Assembly (NCBI GenBank): GCA_964016885.1
Contig: OZ024740.1
Span: forward strand, 293,446,001 to 293,510,000
Origin: Eledone cirrhosa
Lineage: Eukaryota
Direction of reading: 5' to 3'
Length of the DNA stretch: 64,000 bases
Position numbers and translations under genes: made by a program. This document shows positions 27,158-39,034 of the stretch, piece after piece. Position 1 is the stretch's first letter. Each line of letters opens with the position of its first letter. The notes beneath the pieces were generated by a model, which was not told where the DNA came from, did not search any database, and worked only from the letters and a program-made list of their open reading frames with translations.

Positions 27158-29730
27158 TCATCATCATCATCATCGTCGTTTAACGTCCATATTCCACGCT
27201 TGCATGGGTTTGGACGGGAGTTTTCCCACTTGAGGCAAGAGTGGTTGTCTTGCTCGCATAGGACTGTCTGGCGGGTTTTCTACGGCTGGATGCCCTTCCT
27301 AACACCAACCACATTTACAGTGTGGAACTGGTAGGTTTTTACCGTGTTACCTACACGGCCACATTACAGCGTGGTCTGTTTGTTTTTTTTGTCGTGACAC
27401 CTACACGATCTCATTTGTTTCGGGCTAGATGTTGTGGTACCAACATAACTTTAGATTGAAAGGGGTGGTGTGGATTGGGTGGGGGTAGTGGGACGGGGGT
27501 GTATTTTGTTAGAGGTGCCTACTGACTGTAGTAGGTTTCACTTTGTACTTATGTAAGGCAGGTCTTCTCTATTACTGTGTAGCGCCAAAGATCTCGGTCC
27601 AGTGACATTGTCTTGGAGAGGTGTAAGTGTGTGAGGTCGGAATTTATCAAGTCGTCCCAGGTTTTTCTGGGTCTGCCTACTCCTTGGCTACCGTCTATTT
27701 TTATTTCCCTGCACTTTTTTATACAGCTGTCGTCTTTCATGCGCATCACGTGACCATACCAACGTAGTCTTCTCTCGAGTAAACAACATCTGATCGCTCT
27801 TATTTCTAATTTTTCCCTTAGTTCGTTTATGCTTTGCCGTTCACGTACATTACTATTACACATCCAGCGGTGCATGCAAGCTTCGTTCCTCTCCAGTCTG
27901 CGTATATCCTCTGCACACAATGCCCAGGTCTCACTGCAATGCAACATTGCTGTTCGTATGCAGGCATCATGCAGCCTTTCTTTCATTTTTAGGGAGAACC
28001 CTTTAGCGGCTAATAGTGGTATAAGCTCTCTGAACTTTTTCCATCCCGTTCTGACTCTAGCTACTGTACTTTCAGAGCACCCTCCCCCACTGCTGATTTT
28101 GTCACCCAGGTAACGAAAGCTGTCCACTATTTCTATAGAACCCTCTGCGCAATTGAAAGAGCTAGTATTTTGTGGGCACTTGCTGCTACTTATTGCACCA
28201 GAGCACTGGCCACATATAAAATCTACGTTCTTAGTTAGCTTACCTGTGATCCCACTACATCTTTTATGCACCCATACTTTGCATTTGGGACATAAAATGG
28301 AGTTTCTACCTATGCCTTTCCTACACACTGAGCATGGCCATTTCCCGGAAGGGACCGGCGCCTTATTTTCTTTCCTACAAACTAGAACTTTAGTCTTAGC
28401 CAGGTTAATTTTAAGGCCTTTTGATTCTAGGCCGTGCTTCCATGTTTGGAATTTCTTCTCTAGCTCGGCCATTGATTCAGCTATGAGCATTAGATCATCT
28501 GCGTATAGGAGTTCCCATGGGCAGCCGGTTTTGAACTCCACTGTTATAGCCTGAAGGGCAATAATAAATAGTAGGGGGCTAAGAACAGAGCCCTGATGAA
28601 CACCAACTTTTACACTAAACTCTTCACTATATTCGTTGTTAATTCTAACCTTGCTGACTGTTTCTTTATACATGGCTTGTATAGCTCTAACAAGCTATTC
28701 GTCAACACCTAGTTTTCTAAGAGCCCACCAGATAATGGAACGGGGGACTCTGTCGAAGGCTTTCTCCAAGTCAACAAAAGCTAAGTATAGGGGTTTACTT
28801 TTAGCTAGGTACTTCTCCTGTAGTTGTCGTACAAGGAAAAGAGCGTCTGTAGTACTTTTGCCTGACACAAACCCGAACTGCATTTCATCTAGATCAATTC
28901 TCTCTCCGATTAGTTGCGCTATTACTTTTTCCGTGACCTTCATGACCTGGTCGATTAATTTAATGCCTCTATAGTTACTCCTATCTAGGGCATCTCCTTT
29001 ACCCTTGTAACAGTTAATGATGATGCTGCTACGCCAGTCCTTCGGAACAACCCCATTCTGTATGACTTGGTTTACTATCCGGGTGACCAAGGTGTGTCCC
29101 ACCGTTCCAGAGGCTTTCAGCATCTCAGCAACTATTTCCGAAGGCCCAGCCGCTTTACCCGTCTTCATATCTTTGATTGCCTTACTTATTATACTACCTT
29201 CGACTAACACTGTTGGTCCCTCTATTGGGTCGGTGTGGGGGAGACTGTCTTTCTCCCATTTATTCTCCTCATTTAAAAGCCTTTCGTAGTGACACTTCTA
29301 AGCTACCTTCTTATCAGCGTCAGTGATGGCAAGTACACCGTTATCATTAAGTACACACTTCTCCCCGACAATATCATGGTTTTCCTTGACACATTGCCTA
29401 GCAATCCTGAACACCTCACGTTTTTGGTCCTCACGTTGTAGAACATGCTTGAACTTTCTTTCCTCTGCTTCCCTTCTTGCGAAGTACACTTGTCTCCTAG
29501 CTTCCCTCCTGGCCACTTGATAGTCTTCTCTACTTCCCCCATCCCGCCATACTTTCCAAGCCTGCTTTTTGGCCTTAATTGACTCCTCCACCTTACTGTT
29601 CCACCACCATGTTACTCTCCTCCTACCTACAGGCCTGCTCCAGCCACAGACTTCGTCTGCCGCCGTCAGCAGGTTTGCTTTCAGGAATTCCCACTGTTCC
29701 TCTATATTATATGACTCTAATTGCTCTTCA
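27154..29730 (-). mobile_element. 5'-truncated RTE-A LINE (2.6 kb, two in-frame stops)
   Basis: ORFs 29298-29591, 28695-29210 and 27549-28673 are collinear with the 1040-aa ORF; (ATC)n tail. Confidence 0.96.
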
Positions 29731-29810
29731 TATATAAATATATATATATAAGAGATGTTTGTTCATACACTTATCATCAATGCGTGACCTTAGGTTTCAG
29801 GCTCCAGTTA

Positions 29811-29942
29811 GAAGAAGAAGAAGGAGAAGAAGAAGAAGAAGAAGAAGAAGAAGAAGAAGAAGAAGAAGAAGAAGAAGAAGAAGAAGAAGAAGAAGAAGAA
29901 GAAGAAGAAGAAGAAGAAGAAGAAGAAGAAGAAGAAGAAGAG
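29811..29942 (+). repeat. (GAA)n microsatellite
   Basis: About 44 triplets with two interruptions. Confidence 0.97.
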
Positions 29943-31593
29943 ATTTCTTGTAATGTTCTTTTTTTGTCATGTATAATGTTTTTTAACATCTATAGAATGC
30001 TACCACTTAAAATAAAATTTCACCATAGATAGAGCAGCAAAATGTAATAAGCAGGGTGAAGGGTGGTGGTGTGTTGGGTGGAATAAGACCAGGAGGTGGT
30101 GGGAAAATCTGAAAATCTAATAAGCATTGAGTGGGGGGGACTATCAAACCTGTTGCCAGTATTTCATCATCGTTGAAACGCAACACTTGGGATGTGGCTG
30201 CCTTAACACAGTCAAACATTTCTATAGTAAAGGTGCAGTTACTGTTTATACTGAAATCTTGATTGATTCTAATTACTTTATGCTGTGGTATTGGCAATCC
30301 TCTATTAACAGTACATAAATATTAGTTTAACGTGATATTTACTAGACTATTCTTACTATTATAAACACACATCAAGTTTCTTTTGCATAAGTGTGTGTGT
30401 GTATAGCAAAAGAGAAAATAAGAGAAAGAGAAAAAAGGGAAAAAAAGGGAAAAAGAGAAAAATTTGAAAGATCACAGCCCTGATATTATGAGCATGTAGA
30501 TAAAATGTCTTAGGAAAGAATTGCTGGACAGATTTTATGGGAAAAACCAAGCGGCAGGAGACCCAGAGGTTGACCCAGAGCAAGATGATTGGATAACATC
30601 CACGAGCTTGGCTGGTCTCGTTTGGGGATCCAGCTACATCAGTTGTAGATGGTTGCTTTTGACAGCACACGCTGGAAGGAGTGTTTGAGGACTCTGCCCC
30701 CACGACCCTCTTAGAAATAAATAGGAGAAGAAGAAGAGTGTGTGTATATGTGCCTATATTGTGAAGACACATGACTCAGTGAGTTTGATTCTCAGACCAG
30801 GTGATGCCTTATGTTCTTGAGCAAGACACTTTATTTTATATTGCTCCATTTTACTCAGTTGTAGAAATGAGTCACAATGTCACTGGTGCCGAGTTGTATT
30901 GGCCACTGCCTTTCCCTTGAACAATATCAGTGGTATGTATGGGTGACTGCTGGGCTTTCATAAACAACCTTGCCTGGATGTTTGCCTCAGAGGGGGGACT
31001 TTCTAGGTGCAAATCCTATGGCCATTCATGACTGAAGAGGGTATTTACCTGTTACCCTTTATCCCTTTAGCATTTAAACCAACCATATCCAACCAGAATT
31101 CTCTCATCTTTTTCTATTTAAACTGGTCATAACTGACCATTCATACTGACATTAGGGTATTGTTCTCAAAATGAAAATATCAAAATCTCATAGATTCAGT
31201 ATTATGTGATAATTATATGAGGTAAAGCCTTTACTGCAAAAATACAATAATATATAGAGAGTAATGTAAATGCTAAAGGGTTAAATGTGCATGTAGGTCT
31301 GCATTATATTTGTATGGGACACGGTATAATTGTGAATACATGTGTGTGTCTGTGTGTGTGTGTATGTGTATTTAGAGATGGAAGTCTTAGTACCAGTTTG
31401 CTGTTGCTTTTGTTGTTTTGGCCCACTTGGCACCACGGTTAAACCTGACCTATGATAAAAGAAAATTGAACAATGGCCATCCATTTTTGTTGCTGTTGTG
31501 TTCAACAATATCGTACACCAGACTACATTAGCTAATATATCTTTTTTATTATGGTAGGGTGTGGTATGATAGAGATTCATTATTATTTCTAAA

Positions 31594-31786
31594 GGCGGTG
31601 GATTGACAGTATCGGTAGAGGGTCGGACGCCATGCTTTCCAACATAGTTACGTCCCTTTATGATCTGAGTTCAAATCCCGCCGAGGTTGACTTTGCCTTT
31701 CATCCTTACGGGGTCGATAAAATAAAGTACCAGTAATGCACTGGGTAATTGCTGGCCTTGTGCCTAAAGTAGAAACAATTATTATT
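31594..31786 (+). mobile_element. tRNA-derived SINE family 2 (copies at 34081, 39129, 42097, 44739, 59881 on +; 55979, 56640, 60485, 60683 on -; decayed at 3658, 21326, 34640)
   Basis: A box TGGCAGTATCGG, B box GTTCAAATCCC, core gactttgcctttcatccttacggggtcgataaaataaagtacc, (ATT)n tail and target duplication attattatttctaaagg. Confidence 0.9.
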
Positions 31787-32033
31787 TCTAAAGGCTCCTC
31801 ATAGTCTCATGTGTATGTGAGAGAGTGATAGTGAGGAACAGAAAGAGAGTATGTATATGTATGTGGTATATGTATGTGTTATGTGTGTGTGTATGTGCAT
31901 GTGTGTTAGTGAGCAATATATGTGTATATGTATTTATTATTATACTTATATATTTAGTGATGTAAGTGTTTAGAGGAATTTTTGTATGTTTGCATGTATT
32001 TTGTAAGCATGTGTGTGAATATATATATATACA

Positions 32034-33073
32034 TAACAGAGGAGTTTAAGACTGGCTTCCCATGGGAACTTCTCTATGCTGATGATCTGGTTCTTATAGC
32101 AGAATCAGTAGAGGAGCTTGAAAAGAAATTCTGGCTATGGAAACAGCAGTTGGAATGAAGAACACTGAAAGTGAACATAGCTAAGACAAAAGTGTTGATA
32201 AGTAGAAAAGAGGACAAAACTCTGATTGATTCCATCAGGGAAATGGTCATGTTCGATATATAGAAAAGGAACTGGCATAAATTCTATAAAATGTACACAA
32301 TGCAGATCTTGGGTACACAAGAGATGTAGCGGGATAGCAAGCAAACTAACAGGTAGGGAGAAATACGTATGCAGTAGATGTACAGGGAAAGTAGACAGTA
32401 GTAATCGCAGTGATAGACACATCTTTCAAATGCAAGAGGGCGCTATAGAAGTGGTGGATAGCTTCCGGTACCTAGGTGATCAGATTAGCATGGGAGAGGG
32501 GTGTTCCGAGGCCATAGTATCTCAAATAAGGATGGGTTGGAAGAAGTTTAGGGAGCTGCTTCCTCTGTTGACAAAGAAAGGTTTCTCCCTGCATACCAAA
32601 GGCCGGTTATATGATGCCTGTGTGAGATGTGTGATGCTGCATGGTAGTGAGACATGGGCAGCAACTGCAGAGGATACGTGATGGCTGGAGAGAGATGAGG
32701 CAAGTATGCTCCGTTGGATGTGCAATGTCAATGTGCGTGAACGACCAAGCATAGATGAGTTGAGAGAGCAACTGTGTATAAGAGGGATAAGTTGTGGTGT
32801 GCGGGACAGAAGGCTGAGATGATATGGACATGTGATGTGCATGGAGGATGACCACTGGGTAAATAAATGCCAAGAAATCCCAGTAGAAGGAAGACGCAGT
32901 AGAGGAAGACCAAAAAAACATGGGTGGGGGTGGTGCGAGCAGATCTCAGATCGCTGAAGCTCGCGGAGGAGATGACGAAGGACCGTGACAAGTGGAGAGA
33001 TGCTGAATAGGACCTGTCCCACCCTTGCAAGCAGGGAAAAGCAGACGTAAAATGATGATGATGATGATGATGA

Positions 33074-33076
<3 letters not shown>
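32034..33076 (+). mobile_element. Decayed RTE subfamily C with a short 3' UTR
   Basis: LLYADD, PHD-like CTQC.SWVHKRC...CSRC, YLG and several stops; the ORF end is followed directly by cccacccttgcaagcaggg and (GAT)n. Confidence 0.9.
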
Positions 33077-33137
<61 letters not shown>

Positions 33138-35210
33138 TCATATATATATATATATTTGATATATATTTATCCTCATCGAGCCCCCATTGGATTTTAGTCT
33201 TCACATTTATTATTATTACTATATATATATATATATATATCATCATCATCATCATCGTATTTATATCCATTTTTCCACAGCTTTCTCCTAGCAACTGGTA
33301 TTTAGTGCATGCATGTTTTTGAAATAGCCTCTGAGAGGATGTAGAGAAAATATTTATGGCTTAGTCACGTGAATAGACTGTGTCTGCCTATGAACTTTGC
33401 AGGCTCCTGTGAGAGACTGGTTTTAAACGCAATATATAGTAATATTGCTATTTTGTTGATGTACTTCTCAGCCAACTTATGATAAAGAAATCCCTTAGAG
33501 TCCATCAATGTCTATTGTAAAATAGAAATTTAAATGAATAATTAATGAGAGCCACACTTTAACCCTCCTCCCATTTCCTTCCAAAACAGGATATATCTTT
33601 GCTCACTTAAGTCACATCATTTTGAATAATTTATTAAATATCACTCATTTAATGCAAAGAAACGAAAAAAAGCAATTTTCAAGCTGGTCATAAAAAAGAT
33701 TAAATGTATTTTTAAGTTCTATTAATAGTCATTTTGTCTTGCCACATCTCACCAATACAAATCAGCAGTGATACAGAGATGGTTATGTGTGGTTCCAGTC
33801 ACTAATCACCTACTTAGCAGTGAAGCTACTCTCCAGTCTTCATCATTCTGTATGAATGTTTTATGTCTATAAACAAACCATAGAAAAGAGAAAAAATATA
33901 GTTTCATGCACAGCAACAGTTGAGCCTATTTACAAAGTTGAGCTATTATCAAGAGAGCTTTTATGTTCTATGTTCAAAACCCCACAAGGTCAAGCTTACC
34001 TTTTTTTTTATCTTAGTAGGGTCCATAAAATAATCAATAACTGGAATACCCTCTCCATCAAATTTCAGTCTTTATCCCTTGGGTGGATTGGCAGTATCGG
34101 TAGAGGGTCGGACGCCATGCTTTCCAGCATAGTTACGTCCCTTTACGATCTGAGTTCAAATCCCGCCGAGGTTGACTTTGCCTTTCATCCTTACGGGGTC
34201 GATAAAATAAAGTACCAGTAATGCACTGGGTAATTGGTGGCCTTGTGCCAAAAGTAGAAACAATTATTATAAGAGCAATTGAAGGGTGATGAATTGAAAA
34301 ACTCATTAGGGCCTCACACATTTAGTTATGGAGGCATGTGGCTTAATGGTAAGGGTATTGGACTTATGATCATAATGTCATGGATTCAATTCCTGGGGTG
34401 GATTGTGTGTCTTGTTTTTGATTTTAAAAAAACACTTAATTTCACATTGCTCAAATATACACAGCTGAAAAATGAGTACCAGCAATAGCTGAGGTTTAAC
34501 CCTGTGATGGATGGGCGTCCTGCCCAGTTGGGATTCTTCTAGTCTCAGTCACTTAGCGGCATAGAAACTGGGATAAGTGCTGGCCTGACAAGCCTCTTGG
34601 CTTGAGACAGACTTTAGAACTTAGATTTACTTATGGCTCTAGATTCTGATTCCAAATCCAATTGAAGGTGACTTTGCTTTTCATCCTTTCAGGATCGATA
34701 ACACACAGTATCAGCCAAGTACTGAAGTTGGTTTATTTGATTTCCCCTCCCCCAAATTACTGGTCTGGTGCCTTATATCAGTAATCGTTTTGAATTATAA
34801 GAGCAACTGAGTAAAAATACTGTGAATATACTCCCCCAGGCAGAGACATGGTCATGTGGTTTTAGGTTTGGGTGTTCTCTCCATCACATTGGGCTAGTGT
34901 CTTCTACCATTGATTCAGGTTTATCAAATTTTTGTTGGTACGATTTGTAGATAGACACCATGAGAAGTTCTATGAAAAATTCTGAATGGTTATGGCAGGA
35001 ATTCTTTTGAAAATAGGTCAGCTCATTCAGGATTGACTTGGGGCTAAATAACATCACTACAACAACAAAAACACTAAATCCTTATACAATAATAATTTAA
35101 TCTTTTTGTTACCAATCCAGTCAAAACCAGCTCTGGTTCTATGAAATAAAACCACTCATCATAAAGGATTCCAATTTAAATTAAAATCTTCCAATATAAT
35201 TTTATATAAG

Positions 35211-38200
35211 GTATTTTACGAAGGTATCTTAGCCCTTATGACGTTATTATTATTAATATTACTGCTGTTTTCTGCTGTGTATTATTTCGGATTTACCCTG
35301 TTTTTCTGTTGTATTATTTCGGATTTACCATGCGGTCTTGAAGGCGACCCTCAGTGCCTACCTCACAATTTCCCTCCCTCCAACCCCATCACACCGCCAT
35401 AGCCTATTCGGCCAATCAAACCCCAGCATGCCATTTCTATGGCTGCTGCTGCTACTACTACTACTACCTAACTAACTCTCTCCTCCCCTGTCGCAGCCCA
35501 ACACACCCTGCCATTATCCCACCACCACTTCTAGCCCTCAATTTTCCCACCGTTATGGATGGATGAGCTGAGAATAAATTTGAGCAACTCTGAATCAATA
35601 GATGAAATATGAATCTGCGAGCTACCAAGCACCCACGTGAAGTGCCAACCCAGAGACCCTTCCCTACGAGTGTCGACAAATGCCCAAAACTCCGAGTTGG
35701 TACCATCAATGTAGGCTCAATGAAAGGAAGAGCAGGAGAAATCGTAGAAATGCTAGAGCAAAAGGAAATTGATGTATGCTGTGTGCAAGAGACTAGATGG
35801 AGAAGAGAGTCTGCCAGAGTCCTCGTAGGAAAAAGTCGGTGCTACAAATTTTTCTGGGTGGGAAATGACGATGGGATGGGTGGTGTAGGTATACTACTAG
35901 CTGACAAGTGGGTAGATAAAGTAATCTCAGTGTACAGGGTAAATGCAAGAATCATTAAACTCAGACTAGTCCTGAATAAAACAATTATCACAATAATATC
36001 AGCTTACTCACCCCAATCGGGGCTGCCAGACGAACTTAAGGATAGGTTTTACGAGTCCCTAATGCACACTACTGCTCTAACAGACGAAAAAGACTTCCTA
36101 ATCATCGCAGGAGATTTTAACGGACACGTAGGTAAACACTGCGACGGCTTCAATAGAGTACATGGAGGCCATGGGGTTAGCACAAGGAATGAGGAAGGAT
36201 TCAGACTTCTAGAATTCTGCGATGCCAATGACATGTCGATATGTAACACAAACTTTAAAAAACCCGACAACCACCTGATCACCTATAGATCAGGGGAACA
36301 CTCTAGTCAGTTAGATTTTATCCTCATCAGAGGACGTGACAGATGGATGGTCGTAAACACAAAAGCCTTCCCTAGTGAGGAATGTACATCCCAACATAGC
36401 TTAGTTGTCAGCGACCTCACGGTCAGAACTAGACGAACCCGGAAACAGAGGCCAACCTGGAGAAGAAAGATCTGGAAGCTGAAAGTCCCCTCAATGAGTA
36501 ACAGATTTAAAGATATTTTACTCAACGCCTACGACAGTAAAGAAGAACAGATAGAGACATTTAATGTAGAAGAGAACTGGGAGTTGCTAAAAAATAATTT
36601 ACTAGAGGCGACGGATGAGGTCTGTGGCTGGAGTAAGACCTCAAGCAGGAGGAGAGTGACTTGGTGGTGGAACAATAAGGTAGATGAAGCAGTTAAGGCC
36701 AAGAGACAGGCATGGAAAGAATGGAAGAACGGGGGGAGCAGGGTACATTACATAGAGACCAAGAGGGAAGCTAGGCCACAAGTATACTTAGCTAGGAGGG
36801 AAGCAGAGGATAGAAAATTCAAGCATGTTTTGCAACGTGAGGACCAGAAACAGGAGGTATTCAAGATTGCGAGGCAGTGTGTCAGAGATAGTTGTGATGT
36901 AATTGGAGAGAAGTGTATCCGGAATGATAAAGGTGAGCTTGCCCTCACAAGTGCTGAGAAGAAAGATGCATGGAAGAGTCATTATGATAGATTACTAAAT
37001 GAGGAGAATGCATGGGAAGAAGAGACCCTACCCCAAGTAGACCCTATAGAGGGACCAGCAGTACAAGTCAGCAGCAGCATAGTAAGTAAGGCAATCAAAG
37101 ATATGAAGATGGGGAAGGCAACCGGTCCATCGGGTATAGCTGCCGAGATGCTGAAGGCATCTGGGTCTGTAGGTCACACTATAACCACACGTATCGTTAA
37201 CCAGGTAATACTAGAAGGTGCCATACCAAAAGATTGGTGCAGTAGCATCATTGTCAACTGCTACAAAGGTAAAGGCGATGCACTTGATAGAGGAAACTAT
37301 AGAGGTATAAAGTTGATAGACCAGGTCATGAAAGTAACAGAAAGAGTTATAGCACAGCTGATTAGGGACCGGGTGAAAATAGACGAGATGCAATTTGGGT
37401 TTGTACCAGGAAGAGGCACCACTGATGCCCTCTTCCTTGTGAGGCAATTACAGGAAAAGTACCTAGCTAAAAGTAAGCCACTCTACTTGGCATTTGTCGA
37501 CCTTGAGAAAGCCTTTGACAGAGTTCTACGTGCTGTAATCTGGTGGGCTCTTAAAAAACTAGGAGTAGATGAATGGCTTGTGAAAGCGGTACAAGCCATG
37601 TATAGGGGAGCAGTCAGCAAAGTTAGGATTAGCAATGAGTATAGCGAGGAATTTAGCGCACAGGTTGGGGTCCACCAGGGCTCTGTTCTTAGCCCTCTCC
37701 TGTTCATCATAGTCCTGCAAGCAATAACGGAGGAGTTTAAGACCGGATGCCCATGGGAACTCCTGTATGCTGATGACCTTGCACTCATAGCTGAATCTAT
37801 GGTAGAACTAGAGAATAAATTCCAAACTTGGAAGCAAGGACTAGAAAGAAAGGGTCTCAAAGTCAACATGACAAAGACTAAGGTCCTTGTAAGTAGACAA
37901 GAAAACAGAACCCAGATCCCCTCAGGGAAATGGCCTTGCTCAGTATGTAGGAAAGGTGTAGGTAGGAACTCCATTCTCTGCCCCAAATGCAAACAATGGG
38001 TACACAAGAGATGTAGCGGGATCTCAGGAAGCTTAATTAAGAATGTAGGATTCACATGCAGCAGCTGTGCTGAGACAGCAAGCAGCAAACAGCCACAGGA
38101 AACAAGTACCACTAATCTCTGGGAGGGCCCTGTAGAAACAGTAGACAGCTTCTGCTACCTAGGTGACCGAATTAGCAGCGGAGGTGGGTGTTCAGAAAGT

Positions 38201-39034
38201 ACAATAACTAGGGTAAGAACGGGATGGAAGAAGTTTAGGGAACTACTACCACTGCTAGCTGCAAAAGGCTTCTCCCTCAGAATGAAAGGCAGACTGTATG
38301 ATGCGTGTATCCGAACAGCGATGTTGCATGGTAGTGAGACCTGGGCGCTGAAGGTGGAAGACTTATGTAGATTAGAGAGAAATGAAGCCTGCATGCTCCG
38401 ATGGATGTGTAACAGTAATATACGTGAACGACAAAGCATAAATGAATTGAGAGAGAGACTGAGCATAAGAGGAATCAAATGCTGTGTGCAGGAGAGGCGG
38501 CTGCGCTGGTATGGACATGTGATGCGTATGAAGGATGACAGCTGCATAAAAAGGTGCAGAGCACTAGAAGTTGATGGAAACCACGGAGTGGGGAGACCCA
38601 AGATGACCTGGGATGAGGTGATAAAAGCCGACCTTACCCAATTACACCTCTCAAAGACAATGACACACGACCGTGACTTCTGGCGTCACGCAGTAATACA
38701 GAGTACCCGACCTCCCATGGGTACAAGCTGAAGCATATAGACAATATGCCCCCACACCCCCCACCACAAGGTGGTTGTGGAGGTGCCACGGCAAAAAAGC
38801 ACCCAGCCCACACTGTAAAGTAGACGTGTAGGCGCCACGAAAAAGCACCCAGCACTCACTGTAAATGAGGTTGGTGTTAGGAAGGGCATCCAGCTGTAGA
38901 AATCAAGCCAAATCAGTTCCTATATGAGCAAGGCATGGTCAGCCGACCAGACACTGCCCACAACAGGACAACCCGTCTAACCCATGCTAGCGTGGAAGAA
39001 CGGACGTAAAACGGTGATGATGATGATGATGATG
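35211..39034 (+). mobile_element. Full-length RTE-clade LINE (subfamily B)
   Basis: Ends are fixed by the MITE it interrupts (ttttatataag|...|aagaaccttac). About 400-bp 5' UTR, single ORF, 3' UTR with tandem units, terminal ccatgctagcgtgg near-palindrome and (GAT)n tail. Confidence 0.93.
35609..38731 (+). CDS. RTE LINE ORF: APE endonuclease + reverse transcriptase with inserted PHD-type finger (1040 aa, uninterrupted)
   Basis: APE motifs GTINV, CCVQETR, GDFNGH, LDFIL; RT motifs NYRGIKL, QFGF, FVDLEKAFD, GVHQGSVLSPLLF, LLYADD, YLG; RTE C-terminal RRLRWYGHV and GRPK..W. Confidence 0.97.
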   Translation: MNLRATKHPREVPTQRPFPTSVDKCPKLRVGTINVGSMKGRAGEIVEMLEQKEIDVCCVQETRWRRESARVLVGKSRCYKFFWVGNDDGMGGVGILLADKWVDKVISVYRVNARIIKLRLVLNKTIITIISAYSPQSGLPDELKDRFYESLMHTTALTDEKDFLIIAGDFNGHVGKHCDGFNRVHGGHGVSTRNEEGFRLLEFCDANDMSICNTNFKKPDNHLITYRSGEHSSQLDFILIRGRDRWMVVNTKAFPSEECTSQHSLVVSDLTVRTRRTRKQRPTWRRKIWKLKVPSMSNRFKDILLNAYDSKEEQIETFNVEENWELLKNNLLEATDEVCGWSKTSSRRRVTWWWNNKVDEAVKAKRQAWKEWKNGGSRVHYIETKREARPQVYLARREAEDRKFKHVLQREDQKQEVFKIARQCVRDSCDVIGEKCIRNDKGELALTSAEKKDAWKSHYDRLLNEENAWEEETLPQVDPIEGPAVQVSSSIVSKAIKDMKMGKATGPSGIAAEMLKASGSVGHTITTRIVNQVILEGAIPKDWCSSIIVNCYKGKGDALDRGNYRGIKLIDQVMKVTERVIAQLIRDRVKIDEMQFGFVPGRGTTDALFLVRQLQEKYLAKSKPLYLAFVDLEKAFDRVLRAVIWWALKKLGVDEWLVKAVQAMYRGAVSKVRISNEYSEEFSAQVGVHQGSVLSPLLFIIVLQAITEEFKTGCPWELLYADDLALIAESMVELENKFQTWKQGLERKGLKVNMTKTKVLVSRQENRTQIPSGKWPCSVCRKGVGRNSILCPKCKQWVHKRCSGISGSLIKNVGFTCSSCAETASSKQPQETSTTNLWEGPVETVDSFCYLGDRISSGGGCSESTITRVRTGWKKFRELLPLLAAKGFSLRMKGRLYDACIRTAMLHGSETWALKVEDLCRLERNEACMLRWMCNSNIRERQSINELRERLSIRGIKCCVQERRLRWYGHVMRMKDDSCIKRCRALEVDGNHGVGRPKMTWDEVIKADLTQLHLSKTMTHDRDFWRHAVIQSTRPPMGTS

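Noticed and set aside
35211-35608. HDV-like ribozyme in the RTE 5' UTR
   Set aside because: Known for some RTEs, but I could not fold a nested double pseudoknot by eye; a descriptor search is needed.
37483-38601. Long antisense ORFs over RTE copies
   Set aside because: Shadows of the sense-strand coding bias with no recognisable motifs.
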